Positions 25,185-36,522 of a DNA stretch of 63,748 nt are shown here, in pieces (within the stretch, counting starts at the first letter, position 1; the number at the start of each line of letters is the position of its first letter). Origin of the DNA: Octopus bimaculoides (Eukaryota); the NCBI RefSeq assembly GCF_001194135.2, contig NC_068985.1:57404488-57468235 (forward strand), read 5' to 3'. The position numbers and the translations under genes were made by a program. The notes under the pieces are model-generated. The model did not search any database and was not told the origin of the DNA. It saw only the letters and a program-made list of their open reading frames with translations.

Positions 25185-26880
25185 AGCCAGCAGCTGGCTT
25201 CGGTCCGGTCTTTCGCGGGTGGATGGCTGCTTTATACAGTGGCATCTGCTCGGTCATACGGGTGAACGGCCATCTATCGGAACCGTTCAACATCTCACGT
25301 TCGGTTCGCCAAGGATATCCTCTCTCCTCCCTTCTGTATGTATTGACTCTCGAGCCATTACTGCGGAGGTTGGAGGCTTTGAGGGGTGTCTCGCGCGATC
25401 TGGGATGTGGGATGTGGGATGAGCGTGTCTGCCTATGCCGACGACGTCACCGTGATGGTGTCGATCCACAGGCATATTGACCTGATTGGCGAGACACTAA
25501 ACGAGTATGAAGCGGTGACAGGTGCGAAAATTAACGCGGNNNNNNNNNNNNNNNNNNNNNNNNNNNNNNNNNNNNNNNNNNNNNNNNNNNNNNNNNNNNN
25601 NNNNNNNNNNNNNNNNNNNNNNNNNNNNNNNNNNNNNNNNNNNNNNNNNNNNNNNNNNNNNNNNNNNNNNNNNNNNNNNNNNNNNNNNNNNNNNNNNNNN
25701 NNNNNNNNNNNNNNNNNNNNNNNNNNNNNNNNNNNNNNNNNNNNNNNNNNNNNNCAGAAATGGGCCGAGAGGAAGCTCTCCTTGAAAGGTCGAGCGGAGG
25801 TGGCGAATGCGTACATCGCATCCGTCATCTATTACCGCTTGACCGTCGCCCCTTGTTCCGACCGCTGGTTAACCAAGATAGTACGCTTGCTCTTCAACTT
25901 TTCGTGGAAGGGTCAGGTACCACTGGTCAGGCGCTCCAGCTGCTGTCAACAGCCGCTAAACGGAGGCCTTGGCATGCCGTGGTTGCTGATTCAGGCTATG
26001 ACATCTCAAGCGTTTCCTTGACGGTGAACAGGTCTGGTCGCTGTTCGTCAGACGCGATTTTCCGCAGCTCGTTTCTTTAACACAGCTGCAATCCTGGATC
26101 AAACGTAGACCGAGAAAGAGCGCTTACCCCTTCGGGTGCCGCCAAGCCCTCACCGCCCTCAGTCAGGCGGGCAGTGCGATCGGTAGTAGCTCCACTCTAG
26201 CGTTCTATAGAGGGTTAGTGGAGGAAAAGTGCGACGACGTTCTCGGGGAATCTCTAGGCGTCGAAGATAATCAGTTAAACAGTCTGTTCGGGAGAACTTT
26301 CGGGCCGGGGCCCATGGATAATTTCCAAAGGTCCCTCGCTTGGCAGTGCTACCGAGGTGCGCTACTTTGAAAGGGCTAAAGTCAGACACTTTCCTCTTTG
26401 GCCAAGGCCTCATCAACTTTTGCAAGTTCCACTTGAAAAGGAAGATGAGAGTAGAGAGGGAAGTGCTGTCTCAAAGCAAATTTGTTGAAAGATGGGTGAC
26501 TGTTGGAAGAATGGCCAGTATAAACGGACCAAATATGAAAATACATCTGTAGAAAAAAGGGTAAAGTAAAAGAAGAAAAGGCTCTATACCCCTTTCTTAT
26601 TTTTTCTGACCAGGCTCCCGTGGTTTTATTTGTTTTTCCACGTGTAACCTTTTCGAAGCGCCTCCCCCTTTGGGAGTTCTACTTATTTATTTATGTATTT
26701 ATTTATCTGTTTATTTATTTATTTATTTATCTATTTATTTGTTATATCTTTCTCCGTTTTCTTCCTCTGTTTAGACGAACGTTTCTACCTTTTCGGACAA
26801 AACTTTTTGTAACATTCGTCCTGTCTTTGTCTTTACATGTTTTTAATTGATATTAGCCCTTGTGGCCAATAAAACGAATT
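25185..26880 (+). mobile_element. 5'-truncated Tx1/L1-clade non-LTR retrotransposon (RT, C-terminus, 3' UTR)
   Basis: GFGPVFRGW..ALYSGI.SVIRVNGHLSEPFNISRSVRQGYPLS.LLYVLTLEPLL; SAYADDVTV; KLSLKGRAEVANAYI...PLNGGLGMP; C-terminus KFVERW; 3' UTR with AATAAA at about 26868 then (TTC)n. Confidence 0.9.
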
Positions 26881-26883
26881 AAT

Positions 26884-26923
26884 TCTTCTTCTTCTTCTTC
26901 TTCTTCTTCTTCTTCTTCTTCTT

Positions 26924-27018
<95 letters not shown>

Positions 27019-27019
27019 C
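26884..27019. repeat. Compound (TTC)n(TTA)n microsatellite
   Basis: Direct reading. Confidence 0.95.
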
Positions 27020-27297
27020 AATGCTTAATTTAAGTCCGTATTTAGAGAGTTCAAGCCTGTTGATAGTACAGCAACAATATATTTTGAATTAAGAGAGTTC
27101 TTGGTGTTTGTAAATATGTGGTTGAGTTGTGTTGGTTGAACTTTCAAAGCATACACCCAAGAGTGTGCATCTATTCACATAAGAATCTCAGATGGAGAAT
27201 TTTTGGAATGTCTTATGAATCTTGCAAATGTATGTATGTATGTATGTATGTATGTATGTATGTATGTATGTTTATATGCATGTATGTATGTATGTGT

Positions 27298-27682
27298 GGA
27301 GGCGCAATGGCCCAGTGGTCAGAGCAGCGGACTCGCGGTCATAGGATCGCGGTTTCGGTTCCCAGACCAGGCGTTATGAGTGTTTATTGAGCAAAAACAC
27401 CTAAAAGCTCCACGAGGCTCCGACAGGAGATGGTGGCGAACGCTGCTGTACTCTTTCACCACAACTTTCCCTTACTCTTACTTCCTGTTTCTGTTGTTCC
27501 TGTAATTCAAAGGGTCAGCCTTGTCACACTGTGTCACGCTGAATATCCCCGAGAACTACGTTAAGGGTACACGTGTCTGTGGAGTGCTCAGCCACTTGCA
27601 CGTTAATTTCACGAGCAAGCTGTTCCGTTGATCGGATCAACTGGAACCCTCGACGTCGTAAGCGACGGAGTGCCAACAACAA
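27298..27682 (+). mobile_element. Well-preserved tRNA-derived SINE (family C) inserted in a (TATG)n tract
   Basis: A-box TGGCCCAGTGG and B-box-like GTTTCGGTTCC, GC-rich body, (ATGT)n on both flanks. Confidence 0.85.
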
Positions 27683-28439
27683 ATGTATGTATGTATGTCT
27701 GTATGTATGTATGTATAAAACTTTGGGCATTTTTATCACTGTAGACGAGGAATCTTGCTGCTGCAATTAGCGTGAGGTGTTTCGACCACTTCTGATTATC
27801 TACGCACTTTGTCGATATTTTTGTTTTTTTTACTTCACTAATTCTTCCTTTTTTATTGCGATAATCATCTGAGCCAATCTTTAATCTTTGCATTCTAGTG
27901 ACCTTGAATTATAAATAAATCTTCATTTATTTATTTATTTATTTGCTTATTGATTTTTGCCAATTATTTTTTCAAGGTCTTGATAGTTCTTCACTTTTAC
28001 GTCATTGTATTCGTTAGTTAGAACTTAACATCGGTTGATTAAGCTGTTGTATGGCTTAACTGCCAATCTTATAGTGTGTATTTTACTGGAAATCGTTGTG
28101 CAACATGTTACAGACTTCAAAGTTATTTTTATGCACCATGTAACCTCTACATCTTTCATGTTTGCTTTCTTGCCAACCTAACCATATTTTATGGCCTGTA
28201 TTTGTCATAAATTCTTTACCGTTTCTCTATTTTGCGTCAACCATTTCTATAAAATGTTCCAACAGTATCTCTCCATCTCCTAAGTTAGCTGTTGTCGTTT
28301 TTCAGATTGATAAATAGTTCGTAAATGCCAAGTTCCAACTATAAACGAAATTTGTTATGCTTTTAACTTTTACTTTGGTTGTTTCGCATAATAATTAATT
28401 CGTCTTGAGAAAAATATCTGAGGTATTGTTGCTGATATT

Positions 28440-28685
28440 GGTGGTTTTTTTATTATTTTTATTCTAGGCCCAAGCCGACCCAGTATGATATTGAAGTTTG
28501 GCTGCATGATCATGCGGCGTTTTAATCAAAAGATAACCCTGGTGGCGCCAGTCTGCTCTGCAGATATGGTTGGCCGTTGGCTTCCCTCTGAGTGGCCCTT
28601 CCGCCCTTTGACAGGTTATATTTTTAATCCTGCTTGGTACTAACTCTCCGTCGCTTTTCAATAGACTAGGTGGGGACGGTGGCTG
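28440..28685. other. GC-rich unique island: candidate plus-strand exon or enhancer
   Basis: Strong acceptor TTTTTTATTATTTTTTATTCTAG at about 28466; open phases PKPTQYDIEVWLHDHAAF* or PSRPSMILKFG...PAWY*; perfect palindrome GCATGATCATGC; TAATCC, TGACAG and TTAATCA motifs. Confidence 0.3.
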
Positions 28686-28767
28686 ACATATTCAAAATAT
28701 TACCATCTTTTTCATTCGCTTTTCTCTCTCTCTCTTACTCTTTCTCCCACTCTCTCTCTCTCTCTGT

Positions 28768-28850
28768 CTCCTTGTCACTCTCTCACCGTCTCCTTGTCAC
28801 TCTCTCACTGTCTCCTTGTCACTCTCTCACTGTCTCCTTGTCACTCTCTC
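28768..28850. repeat. 22-bp minisatellite (about 4 units) within a CT-rich tract
   Basis: CTCCTTGTCACTCTCTCAC(C/T)GT repeated. Confidence 0.85.
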
Positions 28851-30546
28851 TCTCTCTCTCCCTCCCCCCTCTCTCTCTCTCTCTTTCTCTCTCCTATATT
28901 TTACATACTCTCTCGTGTCTTCTATTTTTTATATGCACCCTCTTGCATACTTATTTCCTCACCACTTTCATAAGCCTTGCTCTTTATACATCTCTGTCTA
29001 TTTCTTTCTCTTTCTCTTTCACTCACACTTTCTCATAAGTAACTCCTCATTCGTTCGCTAGCGAACGTTTCCATCCAATTATCCTTGTGTCTCACCTACT
29101 CACTCACTCTCTCACTCACTCACTCACTCACTTGCTCTCTCTCTCCTTCTCTCTCTCTCTCTCTATCTATCTCTCTATCTCCTGTCTGCCTGTTTATTTT
29201 TATTCTTACAATGTCTTCTTCAAATACCTCCCCACATTCTCAGACACATTCTTCATCTCCAGCAGTAATTTCTTGCTGACTCTTACCCCACACTACATAT
29301 TTACTCCCCCCCTACTGCTTCAGCTCCTCTTGCTCATTCTTTTAGTTATATTTATTTTTTCCCGTTAGGCGCCAGTTTTCTTCTACCGATTTTTGCTCTC
29401 TCTCACTCTCGCACTCTGAATATCATCACAACTTCACTCACGCCTCTCCTTCTACAACCTGCACTCACATTCACACTCAATACTCACATATCTAAAAATA
29501 TCCCAATTCATTTATTTTCAACACTTTCTGTTTTTTTTTTTTTTTTTNNNNNNNNNNTTTTTTTTTTTTTGTTTTGCTGCCATTTTCCCTCTATCATTCT
29601 TCTTCGTATTGTATTCCCACTTTCTTCAATCTCCTAACTTTCACCTCCTCCTTTTACCCCTTTCTCGTTTTATTGTAATTCATTCTTTAACACTTCCCAC
29701 TTAGCCAAGCTCTCCTACGTCTGCCTGCATCTCTCCTTCTCCCTTTCTCATTCTCTCTCACATTTCCGCTCTCTTTAACACCTTCCACTTCTCTTTATTC
29801 TCTTCTGTCTCTCTGTCTCTCTCTTTCACTTTGACCCTCGCTCACTCACTCACCCACTCACTCATTTCACTTTCTCACATTTCATTCCTCTTTTTTTTTT
29901 ATGACATGCCTTCCACTAAAACTTATCCCCCTCTCACTTTCTCTTGCACTATATTCTCCCCACTTCCTTAAACACTTTTTTCAGTTGACTCTCTTCTTTC
30001 CCTCTCTCAGTCTATATTTTTTACTCGCATTCTCGCTTTCTTTCCCACCTCCATCTTCTGCACTCCGTTATTTTTGTCATTAATATTTATTGCATTTCGT
30101 TTTGCTATTTTAAATTTATTGATCAGAATAGGAAACAGAGAGGAAGTAAATATAACACACAGTGATAGTAGAGGTTGGGGCAGGGGTAATTCTAGTGGGG
30201 CTGAATAAAGGTGGGGAGATCATGACGGTGGTTGTTCTGTTGAAGGTGGCAGGGGATGTGGAGTTGGTGATAATGATACGATCAGTCCCTGCTGCATCAG
30301 TATGTATAGCTAGAAATTTGAGTATGGGTGCAGACACACACATATTATGTGTGGGTTCATCAATATATATATATATATATATATATATCGCCAAGCCAAC
30401 ATGGCAGTCCCAAAATTAGGACGAAAGCTGCCGTGAATTAGCTCCAAGAAGCCATCGCCTCTAGCTAGCTATGTGACACACGAAACCTGTGTCCTTTATA
30501 ACCTTCGAACAGGGGAGGTCAGCAGTGTCCCCCTGCTGGTTTGGCA

Positions 30547-30588
30547 TCTGCAGACTAGTTTCAGGGTGTTGCCCCTTGTCAATGCAGA
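30547..30588 (-). ncRNA. Mirror copy of the U3-A8 hammerhead candidate
   Basis: Exact reverse complement of 30779-30820 in the left arm. Confidence 0.72.
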
Positions 30589-30778
30589 GCAGCCAAGCCC
30601 TAGCCAGGCGGCGCTGCTGACTATCTGCTCGAAGGNNNNNNNNNNNNNNNNNNNNNNNNNNNNNNNNNNNNNNNNNNNNNNNNNNNNNNNNNNNNNNNNN
30701 NNNNNNNNNNNNNNNNNNNNNNNNNNNNNNNNNNNNNNNNNNATAGTCAGCAGCGCCGCCTGGCTAGGGCTTGGCTGC

Positions 30779-30820
30779 TCTGCATTGACAAGGGGCAACA
30801 CCCTGAAACTAGTCTGCAGA
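30779..30820 (+). ncRNA. Type I hammerhead ribozyme candidate with U3-A8 core variant
   Basis: Helix I TCTGCA/TGCAGA; core UUGACAA; helix II GGGG-caaca-CCCU; GAAAC-UA-GUC (palindromic ACUAGU helix III); predicted cleavage after C30814. Confidence 0.75.
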
Positions 30821-31064
30821 TGCCAAACCAGCAGGGGGACACTGCTGACCTCCCCTGTTCGAAGGTTATAAAGGACACAGGTTTCGTGTGTCACATAGCT
30901 AGCTAGAGGCGATGGCTTCTTGGAGCTAATTCACGGCAGCTTTCGTCCTAATTTTGGGACTGCCATGTTGGCTTGGCGATAACTATTAATTTCCAGTACC
31001 GCTGCCGTAGTCTCCTTTAGAGAGACTTAGAAATATTAATAACTCTCTCTCTATATATATATTA

Positions 31065-31190
31065 CTTTACCTGTTTCAGTCATCTAACTGCGGTCATGTT
31101 GGAGCACCACCTTTAGTCGAACAATTGGACCCCAGGACTTATTCTTTGTAAGCCTAGTGTTTGTTCTATGGGTATCTTTTGTCGTACAAC
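31065..31190 (-). mobile_element. SINE family A, 3' part
   Basis: CTGTTTCAGTCATCTAACTGCGGTCATGTTGGAGCACCACCTTTAGTCG...GTAAGCCTAGT. Confidence 0.8.
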
Positions 31191-31379
31191 ACTGGATATT
31201 AGCCATAATATGTACCGAGTTCCCATACCCTTTTCTATTTATTTCATACGAAAATCTGAATAAATTACGCTGGTCATGGGAATCCCAATATTTGAAATAT
31301 GGTTACTTCCTATCTTTTACTCTTTCAACTTTTCTTTAACTTTAACTGCTTCATCATTCAGTGAAGAAAATTGTTTTAA

Positions 31380-32045
31380 CCACAGGATAGCTCTGACTGT
31401 AATGGATTTGTGAGAAAAGGCGTTCCAGCTATGACCATTTTGTCTTATTCTTTTCTAGAATTAATGAATTCCTAAGCGAACGTTATAAAATAATATAAAC
31501 TTGCTTTGTTTTCTTTTTTCTTGAAGACGGAAATTTCATTTTTCCTTTTGTCAGGAAGATTTGGTTGCTCTTTCTAGCAATTCGAACGACCAGGTAAAGG
31601 CTCTCTCGTTGCCTCATCTCGTTCCCTTTGTCACCTGTTGTTTAGTCCCAAGTTGGATCTGATTGAACCGATATGATCAAAGATATCCCAACTGTGACCA
31701 TTTCGTCTTTCTTCCCAAACATAATGGACTCTACGTGTATATCACAGGATAGAAGTTTTTCTATTCTATATATAGAAAAGTTTGGCTACTTTTTCTAGCA
31801 GGTCATGCAACCACATACAGGCTCCGTCGTTGGTCTGTCTCAGTAATAATTTTGTTGTTATTTAGCTTCAAATCAACCCTGATACAGCAAACCAATCATC
31901 AAAGACATTCCAGCCATCAGCAAACCGTCTTTTTAGGGATAATCTAGGATTTTACGTACTATGGGCGTGTGATTTACGTAGAGGGGATGCTTTGGCTGCT
32001 ATTTTTAATGTGTCGAGCGACCAGGTAGAGGCTATTTCATTGGTT
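31380..32045. repeat. Three diverged tandem units (about 220-260 bp) of an interspersed repeat
   Basis: Recurring ATCAAAGAC/TATTCCAGC.GTGACCAT and TTTGG(T/C)TGCT.TTT.TAGCA...CGACCA(G)GTA.AGGCT; a related copy lies at 3890-4070. Confidence 0.6.
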
Positions 32046-32383
32046 TGATTGCGTGATGAAATTTTTTTACATATCTATGTATGTAGATATATCATCGGCA
32101 GAAGTTAGAGAGTAAGTCAAAAATTGAGTTTGGTGTATTGGCACTTATCAAACTCCAATTTGGCCACTGTAACTCTGTGACTTCTGCCTGATGGTTTAGT
32201 ATATAATATAGGCGAATGTACGGATTGGTGCGCTTACGCGAACACTATAGACTTCTCTACTCCCTTACTTTTACCCCCTCCCCTTACTTAGCGCTCTATT
32301 AGCTCTTTTGTCTTAATGACGGTCAACCACACAGTAATTTCCCTTTGTTTAACGGTCATTTTTCACAGGAATTTTCAATGGGC

Positions 32384-32445
32384 AGATAACTGAAGAGATG
32401 TTGGCGTGGGTTCCCACCCTGGCATCTGAAACTCGGAGTTTTTAC
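32384..32445 (+). ncRNA. Hammerhead-like motif (Penelope terminal-repeat type) with long helix II and near-palindromic helix III
   Basis: CUGAAGA (32390-32396), helix II GAUGUUGG-C-GUGG-guuc-CCAC-C-CUGGCAUC, extra U, GAAACUCGGAGUU; helix I weak (ATAA/TTTA). Confidence 0.5.
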
Positions 32446-32858
32446 ATGGCTACCGGGTAAGTGTCACNNNNNNNNNNNNNNNNNNNNNNNNNNNNNNNNN
32501 NNNNNNNNNNNNNNNNNNNNNNNNNNNNNNNNNNNNNNNNNNNNNNNNNNNNNNNNNNNNNNNNNNNNNNNNNNNNNNNNNNNNNNNNNNNNNNNNNNNN
32601 NNNNNNNNNNNNNNNNNNNNNNNNNNNNNNNNNNNNNNNNNNNNNNNNNNNNNNNNNNNNNNNNNNNNNNNNNNNNNNNNNNNNNNNNNNNNNNNNNNNN
32701 NNNNNNNNNNNNNNNNNNNNNNNNNNNNNNNNNNNNNNNNNNNNNNNNNNNNNNNNNNNNNNNNNNNNNNNNNNNNNNNNNNNNNNNNNNNNNNNNNNNN
32801 NNNNNNTATATATATATATATCTGTAAAAATATGTGACACTTACCCGGTAGCCATGTA
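32443..32858. repeat. 25-bp inverted repeat (32443-32467 / 32834-32858) flanking a gap and (TA)n
   Basis: TACATGGCTACCGGGTAAGTGTCAC / GTGACACTTACCCGGTAGCCATGTA. Confidence 0.85.
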
Positions 32859-32859
32859 T

Positions 32860-32942
32860 ATATAGTTGGGATTTACAAAAAAAAAAAAGACGAAGACGGG
32901 TGTGTAAACAACAAAAGTTGTATTAGCTTAATGCTCGAGATA
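32860..32942 (-). mobile_element. Truncated copy of the repeat family that carries the hammerhead at 63612-63647
   Basis: AGACGAAGACGGGTGTGTAAACAACAAAAGTTGTATTAG...GCTCGAGA matches 63546-63600. Confidence 0.7.
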
Positions 32943-33479
32943 GATAGATAGATAGATGGACACATTCTCATACATGTTGCTATAAAACATCTCTGGTTAT
33001 TAAAGAAGGTTTTGTTAGGGGAGATTTCTAGTTTATATTTTTCTGTTGTCGAAGATTCATCGTTTCGTCAATGGATCCGGAAGTTGTTTTTCGCAAACAG
33101 CAGCAGTAACTTTCTTCAGCTGAATACACGTCATTGATTGGTTAAAATTACCCAAATACGACAACTTTAACTCGGACTAACTTCTAAAATAGAAAATTTT
33201 GGCAAAAACGTTAAGAGTAAACCGTGTTCTACGCAACACATTCAACTAGTATCCGGAGTTTCAAAGTGTTTAGTTAAAAGAAAATAATTAAAAAATCTGT
33301 GCTTGAGATTGAAAAGGTCCACATACATACATACATACATACATACATACATACATGCATATATACATCTTACATGCTCAAACTACAAGTGGCGTATTTG
33401 ATGTGGGAGACTATTTATCGAAAATACCATAGTACTATCTCTAACTTTGCAGCCACAACTATCAACCTTCTTAAATAAC

Positions 33480-34890
33480 TGGTTAGTCTTCAGATGGATT
33501 AAGGAACGTTTTATTCACGATAGTAGTGATTTTCGACTGAAATTTGAATTTAGCGTGCAGAGAGTTACTACAAACTACATGGCTGGACGCAACATCAACA
33601 ACACAATCGGGGAACAGAACGAAAGCAACAGCTCAGCAGATAAGTAAATTCTTTCTGGCTGTAGTTATAGAAGAACCGTAACCACAAAACTCATTCCTCT
33701 CGGAGTTATGAACTGAATACTGATCTATTTTATTGCTACAAAAAAAGCGAAACAAAACCCCGCTGTTGACTATATGGATCGATTGAAACCATAATGGGAC
33801 GATCTGTATCCAGAATTAAATCGTTTTGCTGCGAGCAACACTTGTAGAACATAGGAAGAAGGTTAGTAACTGTAACTTTATAATAAAATCGAAAATTAAC
33901 CTTCGTCCCAACTCTATAAACAAAAACGAAAACGTGAATAATATAAGAATACCACATGGTTTCGAAGCTAGCGACATTCCAATACATTCCATAGTGCCTT
34001 CCAGCCAAACTACATTACTGGCTCAAGTAACTGACCACTATCCCCCCACTACGACTATAGCAAGCACAACCGCATTGATTATTATAGTAGTAGTAGTAGT
34101 AGTAGTAGTCGTAGTCAGGATTATATGCCGGTGAAATGGTCCCTTACTGAAATTTTCCGAGAAAAATAACTTCGAGTTTGAAGCACTCTCTCGAGGTGTG
34201 GGTATTCTCTACCAAAGTAAATAAAAAAACCACATGCTAGCAGATTAAAGTAGGTCTATATGCTCTGGCTACTACTATAAACCAGTACATGAATGATATT
34301 CAAAAAGTAAACAAAATCGAAATAACAAAGAAAGTACCATCATGGGTTTTGAAGACAGAGAAAACGATAACTGGTTTACGGAAGACTATCAGTCATGTAA
34401 CAAAGAAATCACTATACGTCCTACCAACAGGAAGTAAAGGAGATAGAAATGATGTTTGGAGACAGCAGAAAGAGGACACTCACTTACAAACTGATTACTT
34501 TCAAGTAGCAGCTAAAATCTGTCAGTGAAAAACTCAGACATCAGAAGAGAATAATCGACAGGCAGCAGCATACAGAGACATGAGAGGAGGAGCAGTAAAC
34601 ATCACGGAAGCTCCTTCGCGAGAAGACATAAACTCCTTCGCGTGAAGACATAAACTCCTTCTGGAGTGAAATTTGGAGTTAAGAAAAGGAACATAACCAA
34701 GGTTCTCTGTGGCTGGAAGAAATTCCAAAAGGTTATTACCCCTGCGTTACATCCAAGACATAAAACATTCATGGTGAAACTCTTGTAACTGTGATCCAGG
34801 AACTCCAGAATGGTAAAGCACCTGAAAGTGACTTGATTGTTGGATATTGGTACAAGAAGCTAACATTCTACCGACCATATATTTTCAATC
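33480..34890 (+). mobile_element. 5' portion of an R4/Dong-type LINE (Myb-like region to RT start), degenerate
   Basis: YCYKKAKQNPAVDYMDRLKP*WDDLYPEL; EDINSFWSEIW...LWLEE; KAPESDLIVGYWYKKL. Confidence 0.65.
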
Positions 34891-34989
34891 TGTACCACAA
34901 TGTCTCATTGGGAACAACAGCATACCACACTGGTTAGCTCCGGCAGAGACAAAATCTGATTCCCAAATGCAGAACCACCCACATGGCAA

Positions 34990-35850
34990 AAAAAAAAAAA
35001 AAAAAATCTATCGGTAAATTGCATGCCAGGCATGCAAAACGTTTCGTAACAGACGTTTAATCGCAGGCAACGAAAGTCAAGAAAATGGATAGGTTTGTCC
35101 ACATCAACTGAATTAGATGCAAAAGAACAGGCGCCTCGAAGTGTGCTCCTTATTGCTTTCTCAACTGAAAAAAGACCATTTTTGCATCGAATTATATGTA
35201 ATGAAAAATGGATACTGTTTGGCAACAACAGGTGAACAGGACAGTGATTAGGTGCAGGAGAGTCACCTAAACACTACCCAAAACCACCATTGCACCTTAA
35301 AATGTTAGTGGTCACTGTATAGTGATCTGCAAAGGCGGTTATTTATTATTCATTTTTGCAACAAAGAAAAACGGTGACAACAACATCGTATTGTCAGGAA
35401 ATTGACGGTATGCATGAGAATTTGAAGAAGAAGCAACCCAGACAAGTCAATAGAGATAGCTCAATTTTGCCCCATGACAATGCACGTCCTCACACTACTC
35501 AAGCTACGGTCCAAACGTTGCAAAGGCTGAATTATGAGATTTTGCAACATCCTCACTATTCCTCTGATACTTCTCCTACTGATTATCACTTATTTAAGCC
35601 TTTTAAGCTTTTCATACACAATAAAACATTCTTAAATAGAGAAGAGGTAATTGAAGCATTCGGACAGTTTATCACAGCCAAAGATGAATTTTTTTTTAAA
35701 GATGGAATATATGACTTAGAGAAACGTTGAGTAGAGGTGAGAAAAGAACATGGATTATACATTGATTAAATAAATCAGATCTCTAATACTTCTGAAATAT
35801 TTTATTGTTACTTTTCAAATACGACATTTCAAGTGTGACAATCTGATACA
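34990..35850 (+). mobile_element. Mariner (Mos1/Hsmar-type) transposase 3' relic
   Basis: EKWILF..., ILPHDNARPHT...LQHPHYSSDTSPTDYHLFKPFK...FFKDGIYDLEKR; degenerate 3' TIR near 35820-35850. Confidence 0.9.
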
Positions 35851-36108
35851 TTACAGAACTGCTATTTTAACAAATTGTGTTTATTTATCAACCGATGTGA
35901 AATTTATTATCCGAGCTGTTGCTGTCCTAAGCACTTCATCTATTCAGATGTAACCCGTCCAATCTACTGCATATAGGACAGATGAATACCACTCTAGTGT
36001 AAGGAGCCTAGAATTGTGAGGAGCCCATTTTTAGCGAGGAAATAATTCATACTGAATTTTATAAATATATATGCACATACATAAGCTCACGCACACACAT
36101 ATATACGC

Positions 36109-36154
<46 letters not shown>

Positions 36155-36484
36155 NNNNNNNNNNNNNNNNNNNNNNNNNNNNNNNNNNNNNNNNNNNNNN
36201 NNNNNNNNNNNNNNNNNNNNNNNNNNNNNNNNNNNNNNNNNNNNNNNNNNNNNNNNNNNNNNNNNNNNNNNNNNNNNNNNNNNNNNNNNNNNNNNNNNNN
36301 NNNNNNNNNNNNNNNNNNNNNNNNNNNNNNNNNNNNNNNNNNNNNNNNNNNNNNNNNNNNNNNNNNNNNNNNNNNNNNNNNNNNNNNNNNNNNNNNNNNN
36401 NNNNNNNNNNNNNNNNNNNNNNNNNNNNNNNNNNNNNNNNNNNNNNNNNNNNNNNNNNNNNNNNNNNNNNNNNNNNNNNNNNNN

Positions 36485-36522
<38 letters not shown>

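Larger units (their letters stand above)
30386..30981. repeat. Perfect 239-bp inverted repeat (30386-30624 / 30743-30981) around an N-gap; ribozyme-bearing retroelement-like unit
   Basis: Arms read as exact reverse complements; outer flanks differ ((AT)n versus unique sequence). Confidence 0.9.

Noticed and set aside
27298-27375. tRNA gene
   Set aside because: The tRNA-like head continues into a roughly 300-bp SINE body with no acceptor-stem closure or poly-T terminator.
30473-30894. Two mirror-image 132-aa ORFs (MTHETCVLYNLRTG...)
   Set aside because: They arise from the inverted repeat and read through an N-gap; no protein features. The sequence is better explained as structured RNA.
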